NCBI RefSeq assembly: GCF_902713615.1
Contig: NC_052154.1
Coordinates: forward strand, 80,951,072 to 81,015,071
Reading direction: 5' to 3'
DNA: 64,000 nt
Source of the DNA: Scyliorhinus canicula
Taxonomy: Eukaryota
A program made the position numbers and the translations under genes. This document shows, in pieces, positions 1-12,920 of the stretch. The notes below the pieces were generated by a model. The model was not told the DNA's origin. It made no database searches and worked only from the letters and a program-made list of their open reading frames with translations. Every line of letters starts with the position of its first letter. Position 1 is the first letter of the stretch.

Positions 1-2789
1 GGAGAGATCATGGAGAGCATTAGCTTCATGCAGACGGGGAAGGCGCCGGGACCGGACGGATTCCCGGCGGACTTCTACAAAAAATTCGCTACAGCGCTGG
101 CCCCGCACCTGCGGGAGATGTTCACAGACTCGCTAGCTAGGGGCACACTGCCACCCACGTTAGCACAGGCCTCAATCTCGCTGATACCTAAGAAAGACAA
201 AGACCCAACGGAATGTGGGTCATACAGACCCATATCCCTGCTGAACGCAGACGCCAAAATACTGGCCAAAATCCTAGCCAAAAGGCTAGAAGACTGTGTA
301 CCTGAGGTGGTCACAGAGGACCAGACGGGCTTCGTCAAAGTTAGACAGCTTACCGCGAACATCAGGCGCCTGCGGAACGTGATAATGACCCCCTCCGGGG
401 AGAGAACACAAGAGGTGATCGTCTCCCTGGACGCAGAAAAGGCCTTCGACAGAGTCGAATGGAAATACCTCATAGAGGTACTGGAGCGGTTCGGGCTTGG
501 AACAGGGTTCACCGCTTGGGTAAAGCTCCTATACAACGCTCCCATGGTGAGTGTACGGACCAACAATACCAACTCCCAATACTTCCAGCTGCACAGGGGC
601 ACCAGACAAGGATGCCCACTGTCCCCGCTGCTGTTCGCACTAGCAATCGAACCGCTAGCAATCGCGCTCAGGGCAGCAAAAAATTGGAGGGGGATCCGAA
701 GGGGAGGTAGAGAGCACAGAGTCTCACTCTATGCGGATGATCTGCTCCTCTATATCTCGGACCCACAAAGCAGCATGGACGGAATCATAGCGCTCCTGAA
801 AGAGTTTGGAGCCTTCTCGGGCTACAAACTCAACATGAGCAAAAGTGAGATCTTCCCAGTACACCCGCAAGGGGGGGGGGGGGGGGGGGGGGGGCAGCGC
901 TAAAGGGCCTGCCGTTCAAACAAGCCCGAAATAAATTCCGCTACCTGGGGATCCAAATAGCCCATGACTGGAAAGGGGTCCACAAATGGAACCTCACCAG
1001 CCTGACGGAGGAAGTTAAAAAGGACCTGCAAAGATGGAACACACTCCCGCTCTCCCTCGCGGGGAGAGTCCAGACGATCAAAATGAACGTACTGCCAAGG
1101 TTCCTTTTCCTGTTTAGATCCATTCCGATCTACATCCCCAAGGCCTTTTTCAAAGCGCTGGACAAACATATCATGGCGTTCGTATGGGGGGGTAAAAATG
1201 CTAGGATCCCAAAGAAGGTCATACAAAAAACAAAATCCAGGGGGGGGCTAGCCCTCCCGAATCTACAATTCTACCACTGGGCGGCAACAGCCGAGCGAGT
1301 AAGGGGATGGATCCAGGAGCCAGAAGCCGAGTGGGTGCGTGCGGAGGAGGCCTCCTGCATGGGAACCTCCCTCCGGGCCCTCGCCACGGCAGCACTCCCA
1401 TCCCCACCCAAAAAACACTCCACCAGCCCAGTGGTGACAGCCACCCTCCAATCCTGGAACCAACTGCGGCAGCAATTTGGCCTGTACAAAATGTCGGACA
1501 AGGCTCCCATCTGCAACAACCATAGGTTCAAACCAGCACTGACCGACGCCACCTTCAAAAGGTGGAGGCAGGACGGGGGGACACTGACAGTCAGGGACCT
1601 ATACACGGACGACAGGATCGCAACACTGGACGAACTGACAGAGAAATTTCAGCTAGCTGGGGGGAACGAGCTACGGTACCTGCAGCTCAAAAACTTCCTA
1701 CGAAAGGAGACAAGGATGTACCCACAACCGCCACGCCAGACACTATTGGAAGACCTACTGGACACAAGTATCCTAGAGAAAGGGAACTGTAGTGACATGT
1801 ATGACCGACTGGTAGACAGGGACGACACCGTACTGGACGCAACAAGAAGGAAATGGGAGGACGACCTGGGGATGGAGATAGGGTGGGGACTCTGGAGCGA
1901 AGCACTGCATAGGGTCAACTCCACCTCCACGTGCGCAAGGCTCAGCCTGACGCAACTAAAAGTGGTACATAGAGCCCACTTAACGAGAAACCGTATGAGT
2001 AGGTTCTTCCCGGATGTGAGCGGTGCCAGAGAGGCCCGGCCAACCACGCCCACATGTTCTGGTTTTGCCCCAGACTTGTGGAGTACTGGACAGCCTTCTT
2101 CGAGGCTATGTCCAAAGTGGTGGGGGTGAGGGTGGAGCCATGCCCGATAGTGGCGGTCTTCGGGGTTTCAGACCAGCCAGATCTATTCCTGGGGAGGAGG
2201 GCGGACGCCCTTGCCTTTGCCTCCCTGATTGCCCGCCGTAGAATCCTGTTTGGCTGGCGGTCAGCAGCACCCCCAGAGCTGCAGACTGGCTGTCCGACCT
2301 CTCGGAATCTCTCCAAATGGAGAAAATCAAATTCGCCATCCGAGGGTCGGACGACGGCTTCCACAGAACGTGGGAGCCATTCATGCAACTGTTCCGGGAC
2401 CTGTTTGTGGCCAACGTACATGAGGAAGAATAGTCGGGTGGCCAAGAACCGGGGGAAAATGGGCGGGAATCGGGGGAAGGTAGCCAGGGGGAGGGGGGAG
2501 GGGGGGGGGGGGCTACGGGCTCGGTATGGGGGTTTGATGGCAAGCCAAGGCCCAAAACCAAACTATAAATAAATGCCTATAAACATGTGCCTCGGCCATA
2601 TTGGGGAATGTAAAATATGTATGCTGGCTAAAGGGGGCGGCCACAATTATTGTTATGAAGATGCTTACCTGTAAATATTCATGTAAAAAAATTTTGTGTT
2701 TTCCTTTTTTTTTTCTCTCTCTCTAATAACTTGTAATTTGTCATATATAAAATATGAAAACTCAATAAAAAAACATTTATAAAAAAAAA
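1..2789 (+). mobile_element. L1/Tx1-clade LINE, 3' part (ORF2 RT and C-terminal region, 3'UTR, poly-A); 5' end outside window
   Basis: ORF 10..903 has LINE RT motifs (GKAPGPDGF, YRPISLLN, GTRQGCPLSP, LYADD). It continues after a G-run frameshift in ORF 1083..2129 and later frames. AATAAA at about 2764 precedes the A-tail at 2781-2789. Confidence 0.95.
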
Positions 2790-3387
2790 GAAATGGATGT
2801 TTGGGCAATGTACGTTTAAGAAAATGAGCAGCTCATATTACTGAAGTGATGTCAGAGGGTGGGGGTAGCTGAGTTGAGCTCACTTCTGCTTTTAGTTTCA
2901 GTTTGAGAGAGCAGCTGAAAAGTGCCTTGCTGGTTTGCGGAGAGTTGCATGAAGAAAAATAGCTTGGTGTGTCTGTGTTTGCAGTAAGCTGGATCTGCTG
3001 TGATCCCTGCCAGGAAAGACTATCTCTGAATCATTTGGGTGATTTAAACTCATAATAGTAATGTCTTTAACCGGATGTGTTTCTGTTTCAAGGTGTTAAG
3101 TCTTTTGGAGGTTTGAAGGAACATTTTGAGGGATTATTTAGTGTTGTATTATTTTCGGGGTTATCTTTGAAGTAAAGGGTGTTAAGGGATCCAATGTTTA
3201 TTTAAAAAGGGTAAGTTGAATTCATGGAATAAACATTGTTTTGTGTTTAAAAACCCACATGTCCATAATTGTAATACCACACCTGGAGACCAAGCCGTGT
3301 GCTTCAAAAGCAACAATACATTAAAGGGAGAGGTTGGTTGAACTCCATGATACATTTTGGGGTTCTGAAAACTCCGCTCCCATAACA
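2788..3387 (+). repeat. Gypsy 5' LTR (first ~20 bp displaced by the L1 insertion)
   Basis: Matches the 3' LTR from aagaaatggatgtttggg onward and ends CCCATAACA at 3387. It is followed by ttgggggttc, a degenerate tRNA-Pro-like PBS. Confidence 0.92.
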
Positions 3388-3503
3388 ATTGGGGGTTCAA
3401 GGGGGTTAAAAGTCTATCTATTGGATTGGCTTTTGTGAACTTAAGACAGTGAAGGATTGTTGCTTTTCCGGTGTGGTATTTTAGTTTAAGTGTGTTGTGG
3501 ACA

Positions 3504-4990
3504 ATGGCTCTTTCAGAGGCTCAGATGTTTTTCGGGTGAAGAATGTCACACGCAGTACCTTATGGATAGAGACGAAACGCAGACTGTTAGATTCGGCAAA
3601 AACATTGCAGTTAACATTACCTGACAAAATGCGAAAAGATGAGGTAATTATGGTGGTTGTTAAGCATTTAATGTTGCCTGAGATAGAGTCTGACTCATTG
3701 GAAATGGCACAAATTCAGTTGCAAATTAAACAAATGGAACATGAGAAAGAATTAAAGTGGCTTGAATACGACAGAGAGAGAGAGAGATGAAAAAGAAAGA
3801 GAGGGGGGGGGGGGAGAGAGAGAGGAAAAAGAAAAGGAGAGAGAAGAGAGGAGAAAAGAAAGAATAGCCCTAGCAGAACAGAAAGAAAACGAAAGGGAGA
3901 TAAAGATCATGGGAATAGATAAAGAGAGGGAGTTTGAACTTCAGGAAATGGCCATGAAACGTGAAAGTCAATTATAATTGGCAGGCATAAAGTTGGATGA
4001 TAGTGATGAGGATAGTGAGAAGGAGCGCCATAGTCGAAGGCTTGGTGGGAATCTATTTAAATATGTCCAAGCATTGCCAAGGTTTGACGAGAAGGAAGTG
4101 GAAGCCTTTTTCATTTCATTTGAGAAGGTAGCTAAACAAACGAAATGGCTACAGGACATGCGGGTATTACCGATTCAAACAAAGCTGGTAGGTAGAGCCA
4201 GTGAAGTGTTTGCATCACTACCGGAGGAGGTATCTAGAACGTATGAGGAGGTGAAGAAATCCATCTTAAGTGCATATGAGCTAGTGCCTGAAGTTTATAG
4301 ACAACGGTTTAGAAATTTAAGGAAATAATTTGGTCTTACATACATGGAGTTTGAAAGGCTCAAACAGAGTAATTTTGATAGGTGGATAAGAGTTTTGAAA
4401 ATAGACCAAACGTATGAAGCTCTCAGAGAAATTATACGTCTGGAGGAGTTTAAAAATTAAATTCCTGATGTAGTGAGAACTTATGTGTAAGAACAGAGGG
4501 TTAAAACTGCGAGATTAGCAGCAGAAATGGCAGATGATTATGAAATAGTTCATAAATCAAAGATTGGTTTCCGATATCAGTTTCAGCCGGTGAGGGATCG
4601 AAATTGGGGACATGGGAAATACCCAAGTGGTAAACGTAAAGGTGATCTGATGGGAGACAATAAAGAGAGTGTACCTCAGATTAAAAAATAAATCCAGAAG
4701 GGTAGAAAAGAAATGAAAAGTTTCAAATGTTTTCACTGTAATAAACTAGGCCATGTAAAGTCACAGTGTTGGTGGTTGAAGAAAAGCACTGGGAAGGCTG
4801 ATGTGGTAAAACAGGAAAAGACAGTGGGATGTGTTGGAGTGATAAAGGAAAGCCCAAGGGAAGCGAAGGAGCTGCAAATGATTGCACAACCTGTTCAAGA
4901 AGTAATTGTTAAGAACGTGCCAGATGTCTTTAAAGAATTTAATTGTGTGGGTAAAGTTTACTCATGTGTATCAGGAGGAGCAAGTAAATA
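3504..4990 (+). pseudogene. Gypsy gag remnant with SCAN-like segment and CCHC knuckle
   Basis: YELVPEVYRQRFR is followed by FDRWIRVLKIDQTYEALREIIRLEEFKN*IPDVVRTYV*EQ (about 4350-4540) and CFHCNKLGHVKSQC (ORF 4713..4991). Several stops and frameshifts. Confidence 0.85.
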
Positions 4991-4994
4991 AGTC

Positions 4995-5230
4995 ACAATT
5001 TTAAAAGATACAGGGACTAGTCAATCTTCAATGGTAAGAGATGAGTAATTATGTAGTTTGGGAAGAATGTTGCCAGAAAAGGTGGTGATATGTGGAATTC
5101 AGAGTGAGAGGTGTAGCGTTCCATTATATAATGGAAAGTCCAGTGAAGAGTGGTGAAGTGGTAGTAGGAGTAATAGAGAAATTATCTTGTCCAGGAATAC
5201 AGTTTATCTTGGGTAATGATATAGCTGGAT
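4995..5230 (+). pseudogene. Gypsy aspartic protease remnant
   Basis: ILKDTGTSQS, with D-T-G at 5007-5015. Confidence 0.75.
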
Positions 5231-5598
5231 CGTAGGTGGGAGTGATGCCTACTGTGGTTGATAGGCCAGCGGAACATCAGACAACTGAAGGGTTGAAAGA
5301 CGAATATCCTGGGATTTTTCCGGATTGTGTAGTAACCCGGTGGCAAAGTCACAGGTTAAGACAAGAGGAGAAATCAAAGAGTGAAGGTGAAGTTGAAGTG
5401 CAATTATCAGAAACGTTTTTTGATTAGATAGTTGAAAAAGAACAAGAACAGGTGGAGGATGAGGCAGATATTTTCAGTTCAGGAAAATTGGTGGAGTTAC
5501 AACAGAAAGATGTAGAAATAAAACGGATATATCAGAAAGCACTTACGGAAGAGGAATCTGAGTGAATACCAGAGTGTTATTACCGTGAAAGTGATGTC

Positions 5599-6630
5599 TT
5601 GATGAGAAAATGGAGACGTGTACATATGCAGGCGGATGAAAAGTGGGCAGACGTTCATCAAGTAGTATGGCCGGTAGGGTATAGAAAGGAGGTGTTGCGA
5701 GTTCAACACGAGGTACCAATGGGAGGTCATTTGGGAATCAGGAAAACTCAAGCTAAAATCCAGAAACATTTTTATTGGCCTGGACAACATAAAGATGTAG
5801 TTATATTTGGTCAATCATGTCACACATGTCAAGTGATAGGGAAACCTCAAGCAGTGATAAAACCAGCGCCCTTAATACCCATTCCAGCATTTGAGGAACC
5901 TTTTACGAGGATCCTAATTGATTGTGTGGGGCCGCATCCTAAAACAAAATGTGGGAATTAATATATTTTGACTATAATGGTTGTGTCTACTAGATTGCCA
6001 GATGCCATTCCAGTACATAATATTACAGCTAAAAGGATTGTGGAGGAGTTACATGAATTCTTTGCCAGATATGGACTACCGACAGAAATTCAATCGGATC
6101 AAGGATCAAATTTTACTTCAAAGTTATTCAAAGAAGTTATGGATTGTTTAGGAATAAAACAATTTAAATCAACTGCGTATCATCCAGAATCGCAGGGAGG
6201 TTTGGAAAGGTGGCATCAGACATTAAAGACAATGTTCAGGGCGTGTTGTCAAGATTATCCAGAGGATTGGGATAAAGGAATTCTATTCGTATTGTTTGCA
6301 ATTAGGGATACACCTAATGAGTCTACCAAATTTAGTCCTTTTGAACTAATTTTTGATCATGAGGTAAAAGGACCATTTAAGTTGATTAAAGAAAAATTGG
6401 TGGGTGAGAAATCGGAAATTACACTATTGGATTACGTGTCAAATTTTAGGGAATGATTAAATAGAGTAGGTGAATTGGCTGGACGACACTTGAAAGTTGC
6501 ACAAAATGTGATGAAACGGGTAGTGGACAAGAAATCCAAAGTTCGTAGTTTTGTCAGTGGGGATAAAGTTTTAGTGTTGTTACCAGTGGTAGGTGAGCCT
6601 TTAAAAGCTAGGTTTTGTGGACCGTATTAG
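5599..6630 (+). pseudogene. Gypsy integrase remnant, upstream of RT
   Basis: HEVPMGGHLG...SCHTCQ zinc finger; ILIDCVG / IQSDQGSNF / ESQGGLERWH catalytic D,D,E; ARFCGPY (GPY/F) at about 6610-6628. Confidence 0.92.
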
Positions 6631-7053
6631 ATGGAAATGAAATTAAGTGAGGTGAATTATGTGGTTAAAAACACCAGATAGAACGAAGACTCACCGAGTG
6701 TGTTATGTGAATATGCTTAAAAGGTACTTTGTAAGGGAAGGGGAGAAAAAGGAAGTTTTAATGATTCTAACTCAAAGTGACGAACCAAATCCAGATGACT
6801 GTGAATTTGACATACCTTAAATAAAATTGGAAAATGAGGATGTTCATAAAAATTGGGATAAATTGGTGAGTTACCTTCCAGAGGAAAAACGCACTGACCT
6901 GAAAGACTTATTGATATCACATGGGCAAGTTTGTAGAGATAAATTGGGAAGTACTAAAGTGGCTATACATGACGTAGATGTGGGAAATGCTGTTCCTATC
7001 AAACAATATCCATATAAACTTAATCCTTTGAACTTGGCACAGGTTAACAGAGA

Positions 7054-10000
7054 ACATAAGAACATAAGAACTAGGAGCAGGAGTAGTCCATCTGGCCCCT
7101 CGAGCCTGCTCCGCCATTCAATGAGATCATGGCTGATCTTTTGTGGACTCAGCTCCACTTTCCGGCCCGAACACCATAACCTTTAATCCCTTTATTCTTC
7201 AAAGAACTATCTATCTTTACCTTAAAAACATGTAATGAAGGAGCCTCAACTGCTTCACTGGGCAAGGAATTCCATAGATTCACAACCCTTTGGTTCCTCT
7301 TAAACTCAGTCCTAAATCTACTTCCCCTTATTTTGAGGCTATGTCCCCTAGTTCTGCTTTCACCCGCCAGTGGAAACAACCTGCCCGCATCTATCCTATC
7401 TATTCCCTTCGTCATTTTAAATGTTTGTATAAGATCTCCCCTCATCCTTCTAAATTCCAACGAGTACAGTCCCAGACTACTCAACCTCTCCTCATAATCC
7501 AACCCCTTCAGCTCTGGGATTAACCTAGTGAATCTCCTCCGCACAACCCCCAGTGCCAGTATGTCCTTTCTCAAGTGAGGAGACCAAAACTGAACACAAT
7601 ACTCCAGGTGTGGCCTCACTAACACCTTATACAATTGCAACATAGCCTCCCTTGTCTTAAACTCCATCTCTCTAGCAATGAAGGACAAAATTCCATTTGC
7701 CTTCTTAATCACCTGTTGCACCTGTAAACCACGTTTCAGTGACTCATGCACCAGGTCTCTCTGCACAGCGGCATGCTTTAATATTTTATCTTTTAAATAA
7801 TAATCCCGTTTGCTGTTATTGCTACCAAAATGGATAACCTCACATTTGTCAACATTTTATTCCATCTGCCAGACCCTAGCCCATTCACTTAACCTATCCA
7901 AATCCCTCTGCAGACTTCCAGTATCCTCTGCACTTTTCGCTTTACCACTCATCTTAGTGTCATCTGCAAACTTGGACACATTGCCCTTGGTCCCCAACTC
8001 CAAATCATCTATGTAAATTGTGAACAATTGTGGGCCCAACACGGATCCCTGAGGGACACGACTAGCTACTGATTGCCAACCAGAGAAACACCCTTAATCC
8101 CCACTCTTTGCATTCTATTAATTAACCAATCCTCTATCCATGCTACTACTTTACCCTTAATGCCATTCATCTTTATCTCATGCAGCAACCTTTTGTGTGG
8201 CACTTTGTCAAGGGCTTTCTGGAAATCCAGATATACCACATCCATTGGCTCCCCGTTATCTACTGCATTGGTAGTATCCTCAAAAAATTCCACTAAATTT
8301 GTTAGGCACGACCTGCCCTTTATGAACCCATGCTGCGTCTGCCCAATGGGGCAATTTCTATCCAGATGCCTCGCTATTTCTTCCTTGATGATAGATTCCA
8401 GCATCTTCCCTACTACCGAAGTTAAGCTCACTGGCCTATAATTTCCTGCTCTGCGCCTACCTCCTTTTTTAAACAGTGGTGTCACGTTTGCTAATTTCCA
8501 ATCCACCGGGACCACCCCAGAGTCTAGTGAATTGTGGTAAATCATCATTAGTGCATCTGCAATTTCCATAGCCATCTCTTTTAACACTCTGGGATGCATT
8601 CCATCAGGAGACTTGTCTACCTTTAGCCCCATTAGCTTGCCCATCACTACCTCCTTAGTGATAACAATCCTCTCAAGGTCCTCACCTGTCATAGCCTCAT
8701 TTCTATCAGTCGCTGGCATGTTATTTGTGTCTTCCACTGTGAAGACCGACCCAAAAAACCTGTTCAGTTCCTCAGCCATTTCCTCATCTCCCATTATTAA
8801 AACTCCCTTCTCATCCCCTAAAGGACCAATATTTACCATAGCCACTCTTTTTTGTTTTATATATTTGTGAAAACTTTTACTGTCTGTTTTTATATTCTGA
8901 GCATGTTTCCTCTCATACTCTATCTTACTCTTCTTTATAGCTTTTTAGTAGCTTTCTGTTGCCCCCTAAAGATTTCCCAGTCCTCTAGTCTCCCACCAAT
9001 CTTTGCCACGGTCGATTTTCCCTCTTTCTACCGTCCTTCCTTTTTGTTGGTATAAACCTTTGCTGAGCACTGTGAAAAATCGCTTGGAAGTTTCTCCACT
9101 GTTCCTCAACTGGTACACCATAAAGCCTTTGCTCCCAGTCTACCTTAGCTAGTTCTTCACTCATCCCATTGTAATCTCCTTTGTTTAGACACAAAACACT
9201 AGTATTTGATTGTACTTTCTCACCCTCCATCTGTATTTTAAATTCCACCATATTGTGATCGCTCCTTCCGAGAGGATCCCTAACTATGAGATCATGAAAC
9301 AATCCTGTCTCATTACACAGGACAAGATCTAGGACTGCTTGTTCCCTCGTAGGTTCCATTACATACTGTTCTAGGAAACTATCGTGGATACATTCTATAA
9401 ACTCCTCCTCAAGGTTGCCTTGACCGACCTGGTTAAACCAATCGACATGCAGATTAAAATCCCCCATGATAACTGCTGTACCATTTCTACATGCATCAGT
9501 TATTTGTTTGTTTATTGCCTGCCCCACCATAACGTTACTATTTGGTGGCCGATAGACTACTTCTGTCAGTGACTTTTTCGCCTTACTATTCCTGGTTTCC
9601 ACCCAAATGGATTCAACCTTATCCTCCGTAGCACCGATGTCATCCCTTACTATTGCCCAGATGTCATCCTTAAATTACAGAGCAACACCACCTCCCTTAC
9701 CATCCACTCTGTCCTTCCGAATAGTTTGATACCCTCGGATATTTAACTCCCAGTCGTGACCATCCTTTAACCATGTTTCAGTAATGGCCACTAAATCATA
9801 GTCATTCACGATGATTTGTGCCATCAACTCATTTACTTTATTCCGAATACGACGAGCATTCAGCTAAAGTACACTTATGTTGTTTTTTTTACTTCCTTTT
9901 GCTTCTGTACCTTCCAACTGCCTGCATCGGTTCCCACCCCCCTGTAACATTAGTTTAAACTCTCCCCAACAGCTCTAGCAAACACCCCCCCCCCCCAGGA

Positions 10001-11606
10001 CATCGGTTCCAGTCCTGCCCAGGTGCAGTCCGTCCGGTTTGTACTGGTCCCACCTCCCCCAGAAACGGTCCCAATGCCCCAGGAATTTGAATCCCTCCCT
10101 CTTGCACCATCTCTCGAGCCATGCATTCATCCTATCTATCCTGACATTCCTACTCTGACTAGCTCGTGGCACTGGTAGCAATCCTGAGATTACTACCTTT
10201 GAGGTCCTACTTTATAGTTTAACTCCTAACTCCCTGAATTCCGCTTGTAGGACCTCATCCCGTTTTTTACCTATATCGTTGGTGCCTATGTGCACCACGT
10301 CAGCTGGCTGTTCACCCTACCCCCCCCCCCCCCCGGAGAATGTCCTGCAGCCGCTCCGAGACATCCTTGACCCTTGCACCAGGGAGGCAACATACCATCC
10401 TGGAGTCTCAATTGCGTCCACAGAACCGCCTGTCTATTCCCTTTACGATCGAGTCCCCAATCACTATAGCCCTGCCATTTTACTTCCTGCCCTGCTGTGC
10501 AGCAGAGCCAGCCACGGTGCCATGAACCTTGCTGCTGCCTTCCCCTGGTGAGCTATCTCCCCCAACAGTATCCAAAGCGGTATATCTGTTTTGAAGGGAG
10601 ATGACCACAGGGGACACCTGCACTGCCTTCCTACTCTTGCTCTGTCTTTTGGTCACGCATTTGCTATCTCCTTCAGTAACTTTCACCTGCGGTGTGACCA
10701 ACTCACTAAACGTGCTATCCACGACCTCCTCAGCATCGCGGATGCTCCAAAGTGAGTCCATCCGCAGCTCCAGAGCCGTCAAGCGGTCTAAAAGGAGCTG
10801 CAACTGAGCACACCTCTTGCACGTGAAAGATCCAGGAACAGTGGACATATCCCTGAGCTCCCACATCGCACACGAGGAGCATGACACGGGTCTGGGATCT
10901 CCTGCCATGTCTTAAACCCTAGTTAACTGATACAACTACAATTTCAAAATAAAAATTAATAAATTAGACAATGAAAAGAAAAACAACTTAACAGTCACTT
11001 ACCAGGGTTAAAAAGCACCTCCGAAAAAGCACCTTCCCTCACTCTGCATCGAATTACCTCACTGCACCAAATTACCAAGTTGCAATTCCCACTCTGGGTG
11101 TGCTTACTCCGGATGTGTCTCCTTGAAAAGCGCAAGCTTACTGAATGCCCTTTCTGTCTGTCTTTTATGCAGACCTCAGCTAACCGATGACTCAAAACAT
11201 ACCTAAACTTCAAAGAGAAGAATACAATGTGCCCTTTGTGCCCCTAAACAGGCCTCAGGTGACTGAAAGATAACTGCCTCTCAGCAATTAAGGTGGGGGC
11301 AGCTTCAACCAATCATGCACTAAGCTACACACTGCACTTTTAACTGAAAAACAGCAGAATTAGATTTTCCACTTACCTTTCCTGATTACCTCACTGCACC
11401 AAATTACCAAGTTGCAATTCCCAATCTGGATGTGCATCACTCCGGATTTGTCTCCCTGAAAAGCGCAAGCTTACTGAGTGCGCTTTCTGTCTGTCTTTTA
11501 TGCAGACCTCAGCTAACTGATGACTCAAAAAGTACTTAAATTTACAGGGTTAAAAAGCACCTCCGAAAAAGTACCTTCTCTCACTCTGCATCGAATTACT
11601 TCACTG
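7054..11606 (-). mobile_element. Near-full-length CR1 LINE with target-site duplication
   Basis: 3' tail (TTCTTATG)n at about 7054-7070; RT ORFs 7149..8845; endonuclease ORF 8985..9602; ORF1 9975..10908; CAGAGA repeat at 7048-7053 and 11607-11612. Confidence 0.95.
9975..10908 (-). pseudogene. CR1 ORF1 (Cys-rich zinc finger/coiled coil plus SGNH esterase-like domain), frameshifted
   Basis: MAGDPRPVSCSSC...CKRC...LLLDRLTALELRMDSL at the N-terminus; NAWLERWC...DGLHL esterase-like block in ORF 9975..10181. Confidence 0.85.
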
Positions 11607-12452
11607 CAGAGAGATTGAGAGTACGCTGAAAAATGGCATAATTGAAGTGGGTTGCAGCCAATGGAGCTCACCCATAGTGATGGTACCTGAACCAGATGGT
11701 ACCCAACCGTTGTGTGTGGACTATCAAAAGGTGAATGCATTTACAAGAACGGACTCTTACCCTATCCCATGTTTGAAGGATTGCATTGAGAAAGTGGGAC
11801 AATCTGCTTTTATTTCCAACTTCCAGACGTGGAAAGAACATTTAAAACATCGTATGGAGTTCTTCGATCAACTTCAGGAGGCAGGTTTGGTGATGAACCT
11901 AGCCGAAAGTGAATTTGGAGAAGCCGAAATCACTTTCCTTGACGAATTTCTGATACCCTCAAGATGAAGGGATATAATGAGATTTCTTAGCATGAATGGA
12001 TTTGATCGAACCTTTGTGCAAATGTTTTGTGGTGTGATTACTCCACTGATGGACTTGCTGAAGAAACATCAAAAATTTCAATGGACAGCGGACTTTCAAC
12101 AGGCATGTGACTGCCTGAAAGCTGTGATAACCGATGTTCCTGTATTGGAGAATTGCAAGGGACTCTGTGATCAGATTGAACTGAAGTATCTTACTTTCAA
12201 GAGAATTGCTGAGGCGTAGAGGAATGGACGGATCGTGCACTGACTTTCTTGTTCAAAGAGACTGTCAATCGAGAAGGATTTCCATTGGAGGAAGAAGAAC
12301 AGGAAATATGGACTTCATTATTATGCCTGTTTGCGTGTGTTTTTGTTTGTGAAACGAAAACGTATATTTACTGTGTACTTTCTTAGTGGATGGTGCAAAA
12401 GTGTAAAATGAAACCATCTTGAAGTTGATGGGGTTTTGTTCTTGGGGGGCGG

Positions 12453-12918
12453 TGTCATGTGAGAGTACCTTTAAGAAATGGATGTTTGGGCAATGTGCCT
12501 TTAAGAAATGGAGCAGCTCATATTCCTGAAGTGATGTCAAAGGGTGGGGGTAGCTGAGTTGAGCTCACTTATGCTTTTAGTTTCAGTTTGAGAGAGCAGC
12601 TGAAAAGTGCCTGGCTGGTTTGCTGAGAGCTGCATGAAGAAAAAGAGCTTGGGTGTGTCTGTGTTTGCAGTAAGTTGGATCTACGGTGAGCTCAGCCATG
12701 AAAGACTATCTCTGAATCATTTGGGTGATTTAAACTCATAATAGTAATGTCTTTAAAGTGATGTGTTTATGTTTCAAGGTGTTAAGTCTTTTGGAGGTTT
12801 GAAGGAACATTTGAGGGATTATTTAGTGTTGCATTATTTTCAGTGTTATCTTTGAAGTAAAGGGTTGGTTGAACTCCGCGATACATTTTGTGGTTCTGAA
12901 AACGCCGCTCCCATAACA
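12453..12918 (+). repeat. Gypsy 3' LTR (about 150 bp internal deletion relative to the 5' LTR)
   Basis: TGTCATG...CATAACA directly after the PPT; lacks the segment matching about 3180-3329. Confidence 0.93.
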
Positions 12919-12920
12919 AT

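Larger units (their letters stand above)
6950..12219 (+). pseudogene. Gypsy RT remnant split by CR1 and internally deleted
   Basis: PIKQYPYKLNPLNLAQVNR (to about 7053) rejoins EIESTLKNGIIEVGCSQWSSPIVMVP (from 11613) once the CR1 and one CAGAGA copy are removed. YxDD core and RNase H are absent. Confidence 0.88.
2788..12918 (+). mobile_element. Decayed Gmr1-like Gypsy LTR retrotransposon (gag-PR-IN-RT) with a nested CR1
   Basis: Paired LTRs, PBS-like site and PPT (cttggggggcgg 12441-12452). Gag, DTG protease, HHCC/DDE integrase and a split RT lie in that order. Confidence 0.93.
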
